A stretch of DNA of 64,000 nucleotides from Octopus sinensis (Eukaryota), in NCBI RefSeq assembly GCF_006345805.1, contig NC_042998.1, positions 43,152,001-43,216,000 of the forward strand, in the 5' to 3' direction. A program made the position numbers and the translations under genes. Below are positions 1-13,892 of this stretch, piece by piece. Under the pieces are notes generated by a model that worked only from the letters and a program-made list of their open reading frames with translations, was not told where the DNA came from and made no database searches. Each line of letters opens with the position of its first letter. Position 1 is the first letter of the stretch.

Positions 1-338
1 GGGTACTGTAAAGAGTTTGCACAGTGTAGTGATGAGAACTGGATGCAAGTCTAGTTGATCTTAAAGGAAGAACCAGAGAAGAGAGCTCAGCTGAACAATG
101 TCCATGAAAATACTTATAGAAAAGAGACAAGGAAGCCACACGACGACGATGAGAGAGTGAATCCAGTTTAGAAGACAGATCAGGACCAATAGCATTACAA
201 ATACCGCGTTGAATGTGGTCCAACAGAATTAAATAATCCGCAGGGGCACCTACCCATATGTGACTACAATACTCAGTGCAGGGGCGATTGTTGGAGTCAT
301 AAAGATAAAGAATAGTCTCAGGAGTGAGATAACTCGGT
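1..338 (-). mobile_element. CR1/Jockey-group LINE, RT C-terminal fragment (runs off window start)
   Basis: Manual minus-strand translation: YLTPETILYLYDSNNRPCTEYCSHIWVGAPADYLILLDHIQRGICNAIGPDLSSKLDSLSHRRRVASLSLFYKYFHGHCSAELSSLV, matching the RPxxEYCSxIW and LSHRRxVASLSLFY motifs after the RT core. Confidence 0.85.
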
Positions 339-842
339 AAAGAGTATTCTTCCGACACTCAGCACTAAACCGACATGTGTATGAGATAAACCACCCAGCT
401 TCAGTTTTCATATAAATTACCTATATATATATAGGTAGAGAAAAGTTATCTCTTTTGAACCTCTCCCTCTCTGAATACAGACACACACACACAAACACAC
501 AAACACGCGCGCGCGCGTACACACACATGTATATATTCTTTCGGTTGTTTCAGTTATTAAACTGCGGTCGTACTGAGGCTATGCCTTGAAGAACTTTGTC
601 GAACAAATCGACCCCAGTACTTATTTGTAAGTCTGGTGATTATTCTGTGGGGAACGTAAACAAACCAACATCAGTTATCAAGAGGTGAATGGGACAAATA
701 TAACACAAAGACATGCACACATAGATATATTCATATATAGGCAAACTACAAGGATTCTTGTGTAGGTCTGCGTCGGCAAGACTTGAAAAAATACAGAAAA
801 AAGCGAAAGGGGTGCAGTGAACTAGCTGTGAGGAGTAAAATA

Positions 843-876
843 TCCAACGTTTCGGATGCAATCCTTCGTCAGTGGG
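843..876 (-). ncRNA. Minimal hammerhead-like motif (Penelope-type)
   Basis: Minus strand CUGACGA-A-GGA(UUGCA)UCC-GAAA-CG-UU; core intact, stem I weak. Confidence 0.5.
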
Positions 877-1156
877 TAGAGAAAAAGAGAAGTTGAAGAA
901 AGACAGAGTTTTACATCCCCTCAGCTTGAAAAAACTGGCTGCAACTGATAATGGACGCAGATTAACACGGGATGCAAGCGGGAAACAGAAGTTATAGGAG
1001 AGGGCGTGCAGAAAGGAGGAAGAAAAGGGTGATGGAGAGAGTAGAGGCAAGTAAATATGGGGTATAGTAGAAAACACTTGCCCAGTGTAGCACGCTGTGG
1101 GAATGAACCCGAAACCATGTGGTTGGGAAGTAAACCTCTTATCACACATCCACGCC

Positions 1157-1187
<31 letters not shown>

Positions 1188-1203
1188 TATAGTTCTATAT
1201 ATA

Positions 1204-1297
1204 TGATGAAGGCAGAAGGATATATCAGCCGAAACGTTGTGTTAACAACAAACAAGATGAGGACAAATATCCGTCAATTGTAAATAATGTAAATAAT

Positions 1298-1298
<1 letters not shown>
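1204..1298 (+). repeat. Penelope-type terminal repeat fragment with truncated hammerhead-like motif
   Basis: UGAUGA-A-GGC...GCC-GAAA-CG-UU flanked by (TA)n; C3 and stem I 5' strand missing. Confidence 0.45.
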
Positions 1299-2162
<864 letters not shown>

Positions 2163-2164
<2 letters not shown>

Positions 2165-2543
2165 CGCAGGAGTGGCTGTGTGGTAAGTAGCTTGCTAACC
2201 AACCACATGGTTCCGGGTTCAGTCCCACTGCGTGGCATCTTGGGCAAGTGTCTTCTGCTATAGCCCCGGGCCGACCAATGCCTTGTGAGTGGATTTGGTA
2301 GACGGAAACTGAAAGAAGCCTGTCGTATATATGTATATATATATATATATAAGTGTGTGTGTATATGTTTGTGTGTCTGTGTTTGTCCCCCTAGCATTGC
2401 TTGACAACCGATGCTGGTGTGTTTATGTCCCCGTCACTTAGCGGTCTCAAAAGAGACCGATAGAATAAGTACTGGGCTTACAAAGAATAAGTCCCGGGGT
2501 GCTCCAGCATGGCCGCAGTCAAATGACTGAAACAAGTAAAAGT
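2163..2543 (+). mobile_element. tRNA-derived SINE family 1 (about 400 bp, internal TA/GT microsatellite)
   Basis: Head GGCGCAGGAGTGGCTGTGTGG...GGTTCAGTCCC (pol III A/B boxes), tail GCAGTCAAATGACTGAAACAAGTAAAAG; many copies in window. Confidence 0.9.
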
Positions 2544-3619
2544 GTAGAGAGTATATATATATATATATATATGTAGAGAGAGAGAGAGAGAGAGAGAGAG
2601 GGGAGAGAGGGGAGAGAGAAAGAGTGAGGGAGAGAGAAAGAGAGAGTTGTCTTAGAATACTTTTTTCCATACCTCCCACCTCTGAAGAGCATGTGATGTT
2701 ACTTAATCACGATGTATATAATACTCGGTTATCTAATACCATGTGAGTAACTGATTAGCACGATTAGCTGAAATGGATCTGTAATGCTGTAAACTTGGAA
2801 TATATGAAAACTGAAGCCGAGTGGTTTATCTCATATATAGTGATGAGTATCGGAAGAATACTCTTGACCGTAATAGCTTTAATTTCTTTTTCATTTTGGT
2901 CGAGTCAGTCTGTACACAGGCTCTTGAGGAAAGTTACAACTTGTTTGAAGATCTTGTGCATCCACTGACAAAACTCAGAGGAGCAAGAGACTTGTTCGAC
3001 CAATTTATAAACACACACACAAACACACATTTCGTGTTATGCTTAGAAGCGATGCATTTTACCAGAATTTTTCAACTCGTGTCCTGTAGAACAAACCACT
3101 CCAAATCCTTTTTAGATTATCTGTGTAAACGAAGGGCAGGCTAGCTTGTAATGGCTTTGAGTTGCATAACATATAATAATAAAATCAAGCAAAATATTGT
3201 TATTTTGAAAGCATTTAGTACATGTATTTCAGATCATTATGCATGAAAGAAGAAAAAGTAATCTCTTACATAACATCTTCAGTTACGACAATGTTGAAAT
3301 TTTATTTCCAGTAGTCACTTCAGTCCAATCTACTCTTATACTCTCTTCCAAGTATATATAATATTGACTGGCTCTGTCATATAACCACAACTTCATATAG
3401 TTTCTTTCAGTAAAAAAAAAAAGAACAACAAAAATATATTCATTCGATAAACTCTGTTCATGGGCCTTTTTCAAGATATTTCCTCTATTAATGTAATATC
3501 ATTTGATTCGTATCTTGAATATGTATAATATTGATTGTCTTTATCAAATAGCCACAATATCATAAGACTCTCCTCTTAGAAAAGAGGCAAACTATTCACT
3601 TATTAAACTTTGTACATGG

Positions 3620-3960
3620 AACCATTTCATATATTTGTTCTGTCTTTATAAAGTACGAGCAATTTATACATCCACAGTGATCCCACTCATTCTAGAATGC
3701 TCACCTAGGTATGAAAATGCAATTGCATTTTTTCACTGCATCTTATCAAAACTGAGCATCAAATTTAAACGTTCTTCTGACTACCCTTCTAAAATATATA
3801 TATTTTTTTATGGTATCTTGTTTTTGTTTTCCTTCGTGAGTACTTTTTCAATGAATAGGATTTTTTTCTATTATATTTTTTTCCCTACAAAATTTACATA
3901 TTGGCTACCGTCTGAAGATCGGAGACCTGAAACTCGGAATAATGGTTAGTGAAGTTTTCA
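3620..3960 (+). mobile_element. Possible Penelope 3' remnant with decayed hammerhead-like motif at 3912-3935
   Basis: SLHLIKTEH-like translation resembling a GIY-YIG C-terminus, then CTGAAGA-TCGGAGACCT-GAAAC. Confidence 0.3.
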
Positions 3961-4059
3961 AATACCAAAAAATTTGACAAAAAATTATATCACCTATCGT
4001 GTACTTTCTTTTCTCCTTCTTCTTCACATAATTTCTTGTGCATTAACAATATACATAAA

Positions 4060-4396
4060 CTAGCAGTATCGCCCGGCGTAGCATTATGTAGCTTGTTATT
4101 CTCTTTAAGTGAACATTTTTCTGGTTGAAATACACCGAAAAATGGCGACACAGCAGTCCAAAAATCGTAAAAAATAGGGATTTTCATAGAAAAAAAGCAC
4201 CTTTTTGATGTAAATAATTTTTGGTGTAACATGGTCCGATTTGAATTTTTTCTTCTACGGAAGGAAGAGCAAGCCTTCTTCTATCATACTCTCAATTTTG
4301 GTCTACTTGCGCCGCAGTGTCTCGGAGAAGATAGTGCTAGTTGAAGGCTACCAAACCTGCCATACACAGACAACTTTAGCTTTATATATAGAGAGA
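4060..4396 (-). mobile_element. Non-autonomous Helitron
   Basis: Minus strand starts A^TC...TATATATAAA and ends with a GC-rich GCCGGGCG segment then CTAG^T; same termini as 29841-30238. Confidence 0.7.
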
Positions 4397-5566
4397 TACA
4401 CATATATACATAAACACACACATATGCAATGTCATTCGGTTGACAGTACGTAATGAATGTATTTCACTTTATTTTAATCTCGCAAAATTAAGTTATTAGT
4501 TTGTTGAAATTCTTTCGTCAGAATCTGTTATATTATCGCTTATCTCCGATGTGTTCCTCATGCATCACTCGGTGCCAGTATGCAGTCACTTTTTGCTTAA
4601 TGCTAGTTTCTTAAATTAGTTTACCTGTCGTTTTTTGGTGTCGTGTGTCATTTTAATTGGATAGATGGCACACCTTATAATTTTAGGTATGTCGGTGAGT
4701 ACCTATATGTGTTTTGTGCGTGTATGTATATCTGTGCTAGATTTTTTTTTTGTTTCTCCGATATCATGATATTTATGGCTTACTACTTTATCATCTATTC
4801 ATGCGTGTCGGCATTATGCTCCAGATGGCTTGATACCTATTTCTCTTATTAAGCTTGTTTGTCTTTCTGTATTCGTCACATAAATAAATACCTTTATATA
4901 CATCCATACTTACATATGCATATACACGTGTAGGTACACACATAGCGTACATATATACATATACATCCACTTACTTATAAACATACATACAAATAGTTAT
5001 ACACACTTGTAAATATGCTCGTACATACGTACCCCTATATATGCATCCATGTACATGTGTATTTATGTATGTCATAGATTCTTTAGATTTGTATTGCATT
5101 TGTTAGATTTGCAGTATTAATTTTTGACTTGATACTCATGGCGTGAGTGTTGATGGTGTTATTTCGTTCGAATGTTTGCTTTTTTCGAGGGAGAGGCTAG
5201 TTTCTGCCTCCAGTATGTCTAAAGTCTCAATAATTTACCTACGTGTTGAATCCTTAAAAAGATTCTTCGAACCAATATGTTTACCTGTAGCGTGTCTGCA
5301 GAGTTCTGAAGCTTGGTGAAATTTTCGTTGTTCTCCCGCTTATATTCTGTCATTTATGATTCTCCGGAAACATTTATGAGGCTCCAGCAGAACCATGTGG
5401 TCGGGAAATATATACATACATTTTGGCAGGCGGCCAAACGCAAGATGCCGAATCCAAATAACCGAAAGCTCAGTATACTGAATGTTAGAAAGACCAAAGC
5501 TCAGACAAACGGATATTTTGATTTTTTGTGTGTGTGTGTGTGTGGGGGGGGGATAAAAACGATTTG

Positions 5567-5991
5567 GGATCTTTTCGGTTTGAACGGCAGTTTTTCTAGC
5601 GGTGTCATATGAAATTGTCACCCATAATTATGACCCTAGTATCGATCTATTGTATTTCAATCTGTTTTAGGGTTAGGGTTAGGGTTAGGGGTGGGGGAAA
5701 GGATATCTTTTTTTTTTTCAGAAATGTAAATAAACCCAATCTGTTTCTTAAACGAGGGACATATTCATACGGCACAGAATGTTTTCACCTCAATAGACGT
5801 CATTGATTGGTTGAAATTGCAGAAATTGAAGAAAAAAAAAACAACAAATATCTCACAAACTATAGAATTTTCTCAATAAAGCGTAGAGAAAAAGATGTTT
5901 TATAAACACATTCTACCAGTATACGAAGTTTAAAAGTGTTTAGTTACGTGGAAATTATTTTAAAAAACTGCCGTTCAAACCGAAAAGATCC
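5567..5991. mobile_element. MITE with GGATCTTTTCGGTTTGAACGGCAGTTTTT TIRs and internal (TTAGGG)4
   Basis: Perfect about 29-bp TIRs; near-identical copy at 50927-51356; TTAGGG x4 at 5667-5690. Confidence 0.9.
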
Positions 5992-6379
5992 CTGATTTTA
6001 AAATATTTTTATTCATAATATTAAAAAGAAGTTTATTTGAGAGACATTTTATGATATACCTAAATAAAGAATAAAAAGTGATAAGTAATAGATGCATAAA
6101 CGAAAACGGGATTTATTAATCTTAAATTTTCATTATATTGAATACGAGCAAAACGCCCCCCCGTCCAATGGACGGTGCTGAGTTGTCAAACATTTAAACC
6201 AAATTTTCTCAAAACAACTTGTCCGACCGTCCTATAGGCCTCCCCTTTGAGAAACACTGATTTAACCTAAATTTGAGACACCAGCAAAAGAATATATAAA
6301 GATAGACTTTTTTTTCTATTCCAAAGAAAAACAATTTTATTCACACAAATATGCAACCGAAAAGTTTAAAGTACCAGTA

Positions 6380-6548
6380 ACTACATCGCATTCTCACCTG
6401 GAATCGATTTTTGTAATTTTTTCAAGACTTATACACGCCCTGATACCGTCGGTATCTACATATCAAATTTGAGCGCAATCGGACGGAGGATGCCCGAGAT
6501 CCTAGAAGACACACAGACAGACAGACAGAACGAATTTTAAGTAATAGA
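6380..6548 (-). mobile_element. Non-autonomous Helitron 5' fragment
   Basis: A^TC start followed by (TCTG)n, same layout as the other Helitrons; 3' end not located. Confidence 0.45.
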
Positions 6549-6571
6549 TATTTTTTCAATACACCTATGAC

Positions 6572-7262
6572 GGTGCTACTTTAGCGTGCGGTCTACCGCA
6601 ATATCCTGTCTACGATGTGAAATTACTTTTAGCGTGCGGGCTAGCTTTTAACCATTACAATACTGTTATAGGATTTCTATAGACGTATAACGAAAACGTG
6701 ACAGGAATACGTACTAAGGCTGTTGAGAGATCATGGTTGTATTCCAAAACAACTATTTTAAGGAAAACGACAGGCGTTAGTAGCGAGCTTTTCCAGTCAC
6801 ACCTTGATCACTTTTGCTGGAAAGTTTTGAGAAAAGATGCAGCAGATTTAATAAATCTCTGAGCGAGGTATAAACAGGAGCTGCACGACATCGTGAAATA
6901 CATTCGCCACTTAAATGTGGCTAATCCCTAAGGGTGGATGCTACTGTAGCTTGTAGCCCCAGGAAGACACCTCCCTCCAAGTGGCTATTGACACACTTTC
7001 TGTGCCCTATCAGATTTGTTTGTGGTATTCCTAAATGAAGTACGAAGTGTGTATCGTTTATTAAGATTTCAGTGTAAGTTATTAAAAAATCATTATTCAA
7101 CATTATTCAATTTGATTTTATCATGCTATTGTATAAAGTTCTTATAGTGGAGGTAGATCGCACGCTAAAGTGTAAAAGGGTAAGAAAAGATAGACCGCGC
7201 GCTAAAAGTAATTTCACAGCGTAGACAGCATACTGCGGTAGATCGCACGCTAAAGTAGCGCC
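6572..7262. mobile_element. MITE with about 75-bp TIRs and TTTAGCGTGCG subterminal repeats
   Basis: GGTGCTACTTTAGCGTGCGGTCTACCGC... inverted at 7190-7262; no TSD recognisable. Confidence 0.8.
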
Positions 7263-7457
7263 AACCAAACTACACCACGTGATCAAAACCCCGAATTTTG
7301 GTTGACCAAAATTTTGCTGGTGTATTGTCTTTCTTTTGCTGCGTTTTAACAAAATAGGAACTTCCACTAGATCCACTTCTTTTCCTTCTTTAACCATGCG
7401 AATTTTGTATTAACAACACACCTTAAGAAAACACATTGGATTATTTCTACCAAAATA

Positions 7458-8300
7458 CAGGGTATTCGGGCTAAATGTAACACTTTTCATAAACGGGTAA
7501 GAAAATACAATGTCCCATCAAGAAATAAAAGTATTTTGAAAAAATCAATAAAATATCAACTAGATTATGGTTGGGAGATAACAGTTTACTCAAAGTAGTT
7601 GACGCAGCTTGAACCACAGCTTCAAGATCGCTCCTGAGCCTGGCATATCTATTCCTTAGTGTGTCCCTGAGAAGATCTTTGAATACTTCCTTGATCGTGG
7701 CCACCGCCTCTGTCTTGGTGTAGCAGGCAGAGAGGTTGGTGTCTTTCTCAACTGCGCCCCACACATTATAGTCGGGGGAATTAAGAGGTTAGAAATTGGG
7801 GCTGAAAATTCGTAGAAATTCTCCGACAACCACTCTTGATTTTTTCTGGAGCTATGGCAAGGAGCCGTATCCTGCTGCCACATATATGGCCTTCCCAGCA
7901 GCAACCCACTTCAGCTAGGGTTTTGACAAATCTCCAGCAGCTTTACATAACAGTCTGAATTGAGCTGAAGACCCTGAGCAAATATGTGGTGTGGTATGTC
8001 ATCCTCACTGAAGACATCACTCAAAGACCGTCATAGTTTGAGGGAACCTTGATGTTCATGATGTTCTTGTCACGTCTCACGACTTTTACAGCGTTCACAA
8101 GACATTGAGCAGCAGTCATGATGTCAGCATTTCAATACTCGGTGTGAATCATGACACGGGGAACTATTTTCCAATATTCAGATGGTTTCCAATCCTCTAT
8201 GTCAGCTAACTTTTTCTCATCTACAGCTTTAATCATTTTGCTTTCCAACACTGTTGACTGTTCATCAATACATCAATCTGTTCTTGAGGAAAGAAGACAA
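7458..8300 (-). mobile_element. Tc1/mariner superfamily transposase pseudogene, maT/DD37D-like
   Basis: GRPYMWQQDTAPCHSSRKNQEWLSENFYE, FSPNF*PLNSPD..YNVWGAVEKDTN..IKEVFKDL; TA-CAGGGTATTC terminus at 7456; subfamily inferred from motif spacing, with a deletion over the third D. Confidence 0.85.
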
Positions 8301-8876
8301 TAAAAGATCGTCAAAATTAGTTCGAACATGCGGAAGAAGAAATAGGGGGAAAATGTTCTGTACTGCAGAGTAAGTGATAATTGCAAAATTCTTCCTTCAC
8401 AAAAAGTCTATGATAAGCTAAATATGATAGAAGATAACAGTGCGAAAAATAATTATTGACTGTGGTGCGAAAACAAAAGAAAAACAACCGCTTAATTGTA
8501 GGAAGCGAGTAATAAGCAAACTTTTAATGAGACAACATATACAGGAAATATTTGTATAGAACCATTGCCCAGATGCAAGTACACCAAATGTTTCAAAATT
8601 GTGGATGGTATATACAATTCATTTTTTTGCTTTTTACTTGTGTCAGTCAATGGACTGTGGCCGTCCAGGGGCACCATTTTGAAAGGTTTTGGTCGGCTTG
8701 GGTCTAGCGACTGAACTCAAAACAGTGTAGTTGGGAAGCAAACTTCTTACCACAGAGCCACGCCTGCGCGTCTGCATATATACATATACATATACATACC
8801 AACATATATATATTATATATATATAATATATATATATATATGTGTGTGTGTGTGTTGTGTGTGTGTGTATGTATAT

Positions 8877-8933
8877 AAATCAAAATAAGCAACAAAGATA
8901 TCCAGAGGATATCCTTGTTGCTTAGTTTGATTT
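8877..8933. repeat. Short hairpin palindrome, 27-bp arms, 3-nt loop
   Basis: AAATCAAAATAAGCAACAAAGATATCC-AGA-GGATATCCTTGTTGCTTAGTTTGATTT, 2 mismatches, next to GT/TA microsatellite. Confidence 0.85.
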
Positions 8934-9012
8934 TAATCAACTTACTTTGAAATTGTATGGATAGTACCGTACTAAATTCTGGTGCCTCAACTTAAGTACC
9001 ACATTCATCTGA

Positions 9013-9101
<89 letters not shown>

Positions 9102-9519
9102 ATGTGCGTGTGCGTGTGTGTGTACCTATACGTGAGTGTGTATATATGTACCTATATGTGTTTGTCCCCACTACCACTTGACAACCAGTATTGGTTTGTT
9201 TACGTCACCATAACTTAGCAGCTCGGCATAAGAAACTGATAGAAATAAGTACTAGGGACAATTTGTTGGACTAAACTTTTCAAGATGGCGCCCTATCATG
9301 CCACAGTCCAATAACTGAAATAAATAAAAGATAATCCTTTATGGACATTATGGCATAGCTGGTGACATGACTGACGAAGCCCTAATTCTCCAATATTGTC
9401 ACACTCTTAATGACAGAAACTAGGATACAGTGTTTTCCTTGTCTTACTTTAAATAGGACAGTCTCCAAGTAGAAAAAAATAATAGTTAAAAGATATATAC
9501 ATATATATTTTCTCTTTCC

Positions 9520-9672
9520 GTTTCACTCCATGTTTTTCCTCTCAATCCTTTCTATCGAAGAGCGTAGGCTCGAAATGTTAAAGTATTTTCCATTCTTCCC
9601 GAGCGTTAAACTAATGCACCTGCTTGTTGTTCCCTCACCTGACTTCGTCTTTTGTTTTCCGTAAATTTAAAC
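9520..9672 (+). repeat. Hammerhead-bearing short repeat, subfamily B
   Basis: CTTT-CTATCGA-A-GAGC(GTAG)GCTC-GAAA-TG-TT-AAAG; related copies at 33690-33805 (-) and 52640-52785 (+). Confidence 0.7.
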
Positions 9673-9730
9673 TATATATATGTGTGTGCGTGGGGAGAGA
9701 GAAGGAGAGAGAGAAAGAGAGAGTGAGAAA

Positions 9731-9770
<40 letters not shown>

Positions 9771-9836
9771 AAAGAAACAGGAAAAATAGAACTTCAAAAC
9801 AAGAGCATATATACTTTATATGTATGCGTGTGTATC

Positions 9837-9941
<105 letters not shown>

Positions 9942-10074
9942 CACATACATAAATACATACACACATACACCTTGGTTTAAATGCCTTTTTGTGTTAACAT
10001 TCTTCTACTCGTTATTAAAACTTTATCTCGTGTGTTTTTTTTAACCCGACCCTAAACAAATAAACACTTCAAAA

Positions 10075-12205
10075 CATGTTCTCGCCTCAAACGACACAGT
10101 ACTCGTTTCCACACTGGATCCGCTGTGGCCGCTCTCTATTCCAAGCATCCGGACCTTCCGGCAGATACCAGGGATTTTCAAGTCTCTGACGGTGACGCGT
10201 TATTCACCGTGTTGATGATGTAGCTGCTACTCTGAGATTTTTCCCTGGGAGCAGTAGTGGTAGAGTAGATGGCCTGCTACCCTCGGAGATTTAATCTCGT
10301 CACGTTATACAGAAGCAGGAACACGTTTGCTCCGACCTATCACTGCTCTGGCGGTCTTCTTCGTGCGGAATTCCCCTGCCATGCTTGAGATTTCTTTCTA
10401 ACCAGCCTGACTGAGGTAAAGGAAAAGGACGATAGCGGTGGGCAACGTATTTCGACAACTTCCGGCTACAATAGCATGTAGATCAGCCAAGGATGACTTG
10501 AGCGAGACTGTCCAGCTGTGTGTTGGAGTTAAGTGTGGATGTAAGCCTGTTGCCTATGCAGCCAGACACTACATACTGCATACGCCTCCCTCTCCATCTT
10601 GGCTCCTGCTGAAACTGGATATCGAAAACCCCTTCTACAATATTAGGCGGGACTACATCTTGGAGATGTGTCTTAAGACGTGCACCCATTTGCATCTCTC
10701 CTATGGGACACCTAGCACATTCTTGGCTACCGACAACAGGATCGCTTCTACCACAGGAGTCCAGCATGGTTACGTCGGCCTGCTCCTTTTGCGTTGGCTG
10801 TCGATGATGTTGCCCGATAAGTCTGCTCATCCTTCAATGTCTGATACTTGGATGACGCGACCCTGGGTAGCTCGGCTGAGTCTGTAGTCCACCCCAGCCC
10901 TAAAGCTCCTTGGGAATGTGATCAACCCGCCCACGTCAGGGCTGATAAATGTTAGCTGTGGTGAGGCTGAAAGCCCATCTTGGCGAAAGTTCGGCTGACG
11001 CTGTCTGCATTCTTAATCACCAATCCTCCCGAACCCCTTTCGAGAGTACCTGGAGACCAAGCTTGCGGGCCTGTATAGGATGACAGAGAGATTACGTCTC
11101 ACTGATGCACACCCAGAGTTCTTCCTCTTGAGGAATTGCTTTGCTCTGCCTAAGCTCCTTTTCTCGCTACACAGTGTGCCATATAACCCTCTCACAGGTT
11201 GCCTCGGTGGAATCGATGCTACGATCCGGTGCTGTGCTGAACTCATCTGCAATGTTAATTTTGACAGTGCCAGCTGGCAAAATTACAAAGCTACCCGTGA
11301 AATTCGGCGGCCTCACCATGCGTCCTGCTTTAGATCTGGCGCTGCCAGTCTATCTTTCCTCAGTTTCCTCCAGCTGCACTCTCATCGGCGAGGTACACTG
11401 CAGGATGGCTAAACCCATTGTGACCCGGGAAGTGGAGGAAGCTCTGGACAGAATACAGCTGTCCAACGTAATTGGGACGGCATCAAATGCAAATCCAGTT
11501 TCAGGTAGATTGAGACTTCTTTGGACTAGCATCACTTCGCTTGCCCCCGTTTCACTTCGCAGCCAAACAGCGGTGCGTGGCTCAATTCAGTGCCCTCCTT
11601 AATGACCAGTACCCTTCTTGATGAGTGCACCCGTATCGAAGTGGCCCAGCGACTTTGTTTCCGCGTGTGTGAGTCGCACAAAACACTGTTCTTTGGCTGC
11701 GAAGTGGAATTCGGCCGGCTTCCTGTCACTACTGAAGTCGGCAGGTCTTGACCGCGGGGATGGTTAGCGTCCGACAGAATAACCCTCTTCCTATACAATG
11801 AAGGTAAATCCCTAATCTAGGATACAAAGTGGGCCGACGTATTCTCCGTCTCTAACCTTACCATATCGGCTGCAACCCTTGGTATTGCCATCCATAATGC
11901 AGAGGACAGGAAGATAACTAAATACCGGAGTCTGACCAGCCGCTATTTATTCGTATCGGTTGCCGTCGAGGGTTCAGGTGTTCTCGGACCTCGCACTTCT
12001 GATTTCCCCCGCAAAATCGGTATGACAGTGACCCATCTGAGAAATGAGCCCCGCGAGGATGGAGTGGAAGTTGTAGTGAGTGTCGTTGGCCATTCTCCGC
12101 GGCAACACCTTTGCAATTATGTCTGCGAGGCGCAGCTGAACACATTATTCGGACTAGGGTGTATAACCTGTTATTTTTATCACGCCATCTTTCGTTGCTT
12201 AATTC
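10075..12205 (+). mobile_element. CRE-clade non-LTR retrotransposon (RT + restriction-like endonuclease), 5'-truncated and frameshifted
   Basis: RTIAVGNVFRQL, QLCVGVKCGC, LLKLDIENPFYNIRRD, STTGVQ, NV*YLDDATLG; C-terminal DRGDG*RPDRITLFLYNEGKSLI*D and AEDRKITKYRSLTSRYLFVSVAVEGSGVLGP, typical of CRE/SLACS-type RLE elements. Confidence 0.85.
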
Positions 12206-12439
12206 CCACTTACCTTGTTTTCTTTTTCATTGTTTCTTTGCCGAAGTAATTCTGTTCTTTTTTCCCTATAATTTAAATTTTATTTTAATGTTTTTCTTTG
12301 TGATTTTTGTTTTATTATAAATTTTTTAAAATAAATTTGTTGTTTTCAATGTTTTTTTTAAAAGAAGAATTTAATTCAATATTTGAAATACACCATTGTA
12401 GGTTATAAACATGGAAAATAATATTGGTTTCAAATTTTA

Positions 12440-12860
12440 GCACAAAGCCAGTGAGGGAAGTCGATTACATCGACCTCAGCGCTCAACTGGTGCTTAATAT
12501 ATCGTCCCTAAAAGGCAAAGTCAATCTCGGCAAAATTTGAACTTAGAATGTAAAGACGGAAGAAATGTCGCGAAGCATTTTGCCTGGGTTGTTAACGATA
12601 GTTCCTGCTCGCCACCTTGATGTGGGAGATAATCCTGTCTACTACAGGCACAAGGCATGACATTTGGGGGGAGGGGGCTAGTCGACTATATCGACCCCAG
12701 TGCATAACTGGTACTTATATCATCGACACCCGGAAAGGATGAAAGGCAAAGTCGACCTCGGCGGAATTTGAACTTAGAATGTAAGGTCGGACGAAATGCC
12801 TCTAAGCATTTTGCCCTCGGTGTTCTAACGATTCTGCCTGCTCGCCGCTTTAATGTGGGC
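12440..12860 (-). mobile_element. Two adjacent copies of tRNA-derived SINE family 2
   Basis: Reverse complement of GGCGAGC..GCAGAATCGTT...GAGTTCAAATT(C)CGCCGAGGTCGACTTTGCCTTT. Confidence 0.8.
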
Positions 12861-13892
12861 GATAATAATAAATATATTTATTGTCAAAAAGAAAAAAAGT
12901 AAATAAAAAGAAAACAAACTATTGCACAGCACTCGCAGATGTGTGTTGCTTTCCTCCCACTTGTACATACGTAGCTTTGATTCAATTAAAGTTGGTAATA
13001 TCACAACTTTCTCTCGTCGCTGTTTGCTGTGGACTGTTCGATGCAGGGGTAAAGCAATTTTTCAGTCTAACTGTTTCGTTTGCATACACATCTCTGTATA
13101 TTAATGTTCTTTTTATAATAACTGTGTGCCTTTTTGTTTTTGTTCTTCATTTTTATTCCCTCTAAATATTTGAATTGATATTACTTTGTATAATAGGATT
13201 TAAATGAGATCATACATTCCATGTATTTTAATTTAATGACGTTTGATTTTATTGTTTAATTCCTTTTCTAAGTGATTTACTCATCTACCCGACACAGTTC
13301 TTAACGCTGTTGTTTAAAATTAGCCCCAGATCAGCTCTGATTGAGCTGGCATAAAGCCTTATATATATCCTGTCTTTTTCTCGGCACAGTCTACCCAGTA
13401 CCACATCTAAATATATCCCTTCCCTTTCAAATAGATAGGTTGTGCTTTAAAGAAAATTATTTGGCTGCTATTTCTAGCAGATGTGACTGTTCAGTGTCTA
13501 TCTTGTCTGCTTGTGTTAATGTTTTTATAATCGGATGGTGAAGTGTAGTAAATACGCTAAAGACTCGTCGTATTGAGTTACGTAAGTTCCTCTACATCCT
13601 GAGTTCAAATTCTTCCTGGACAATTTCTATTTTTACACATCCGAGGTCAATGAAATAGATATTATTTATATAAGGAGATTGAATCATTCGAAGTAATTAT
13701 GACTGAGAAAACTTTGATAGGCTGACAAATAGTTTAGTGCACGTCCAAATATATTACACGATATGTATATATACATGCATATGCTACACATTCACACACA
13801 AAGTATGTACACTCAGGTTTTGAAGTTCTATTTCTCCTGTTTGTTTACTGTCTTTATCTCTCTATCCACCTCTCTCTCAGACATATCTTTTA

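Noticed and set aside
4684-4700. 8-nt micro-exon (TTTAG GTATGTCG GTGAGT)
   Set aside because: No supporting gene model; such motifs arise by chance
5667-5690. TTAGGG tracts as a true telomere or fusion scar
   Set aside because: Only 3-4 units and always inside the same MITE
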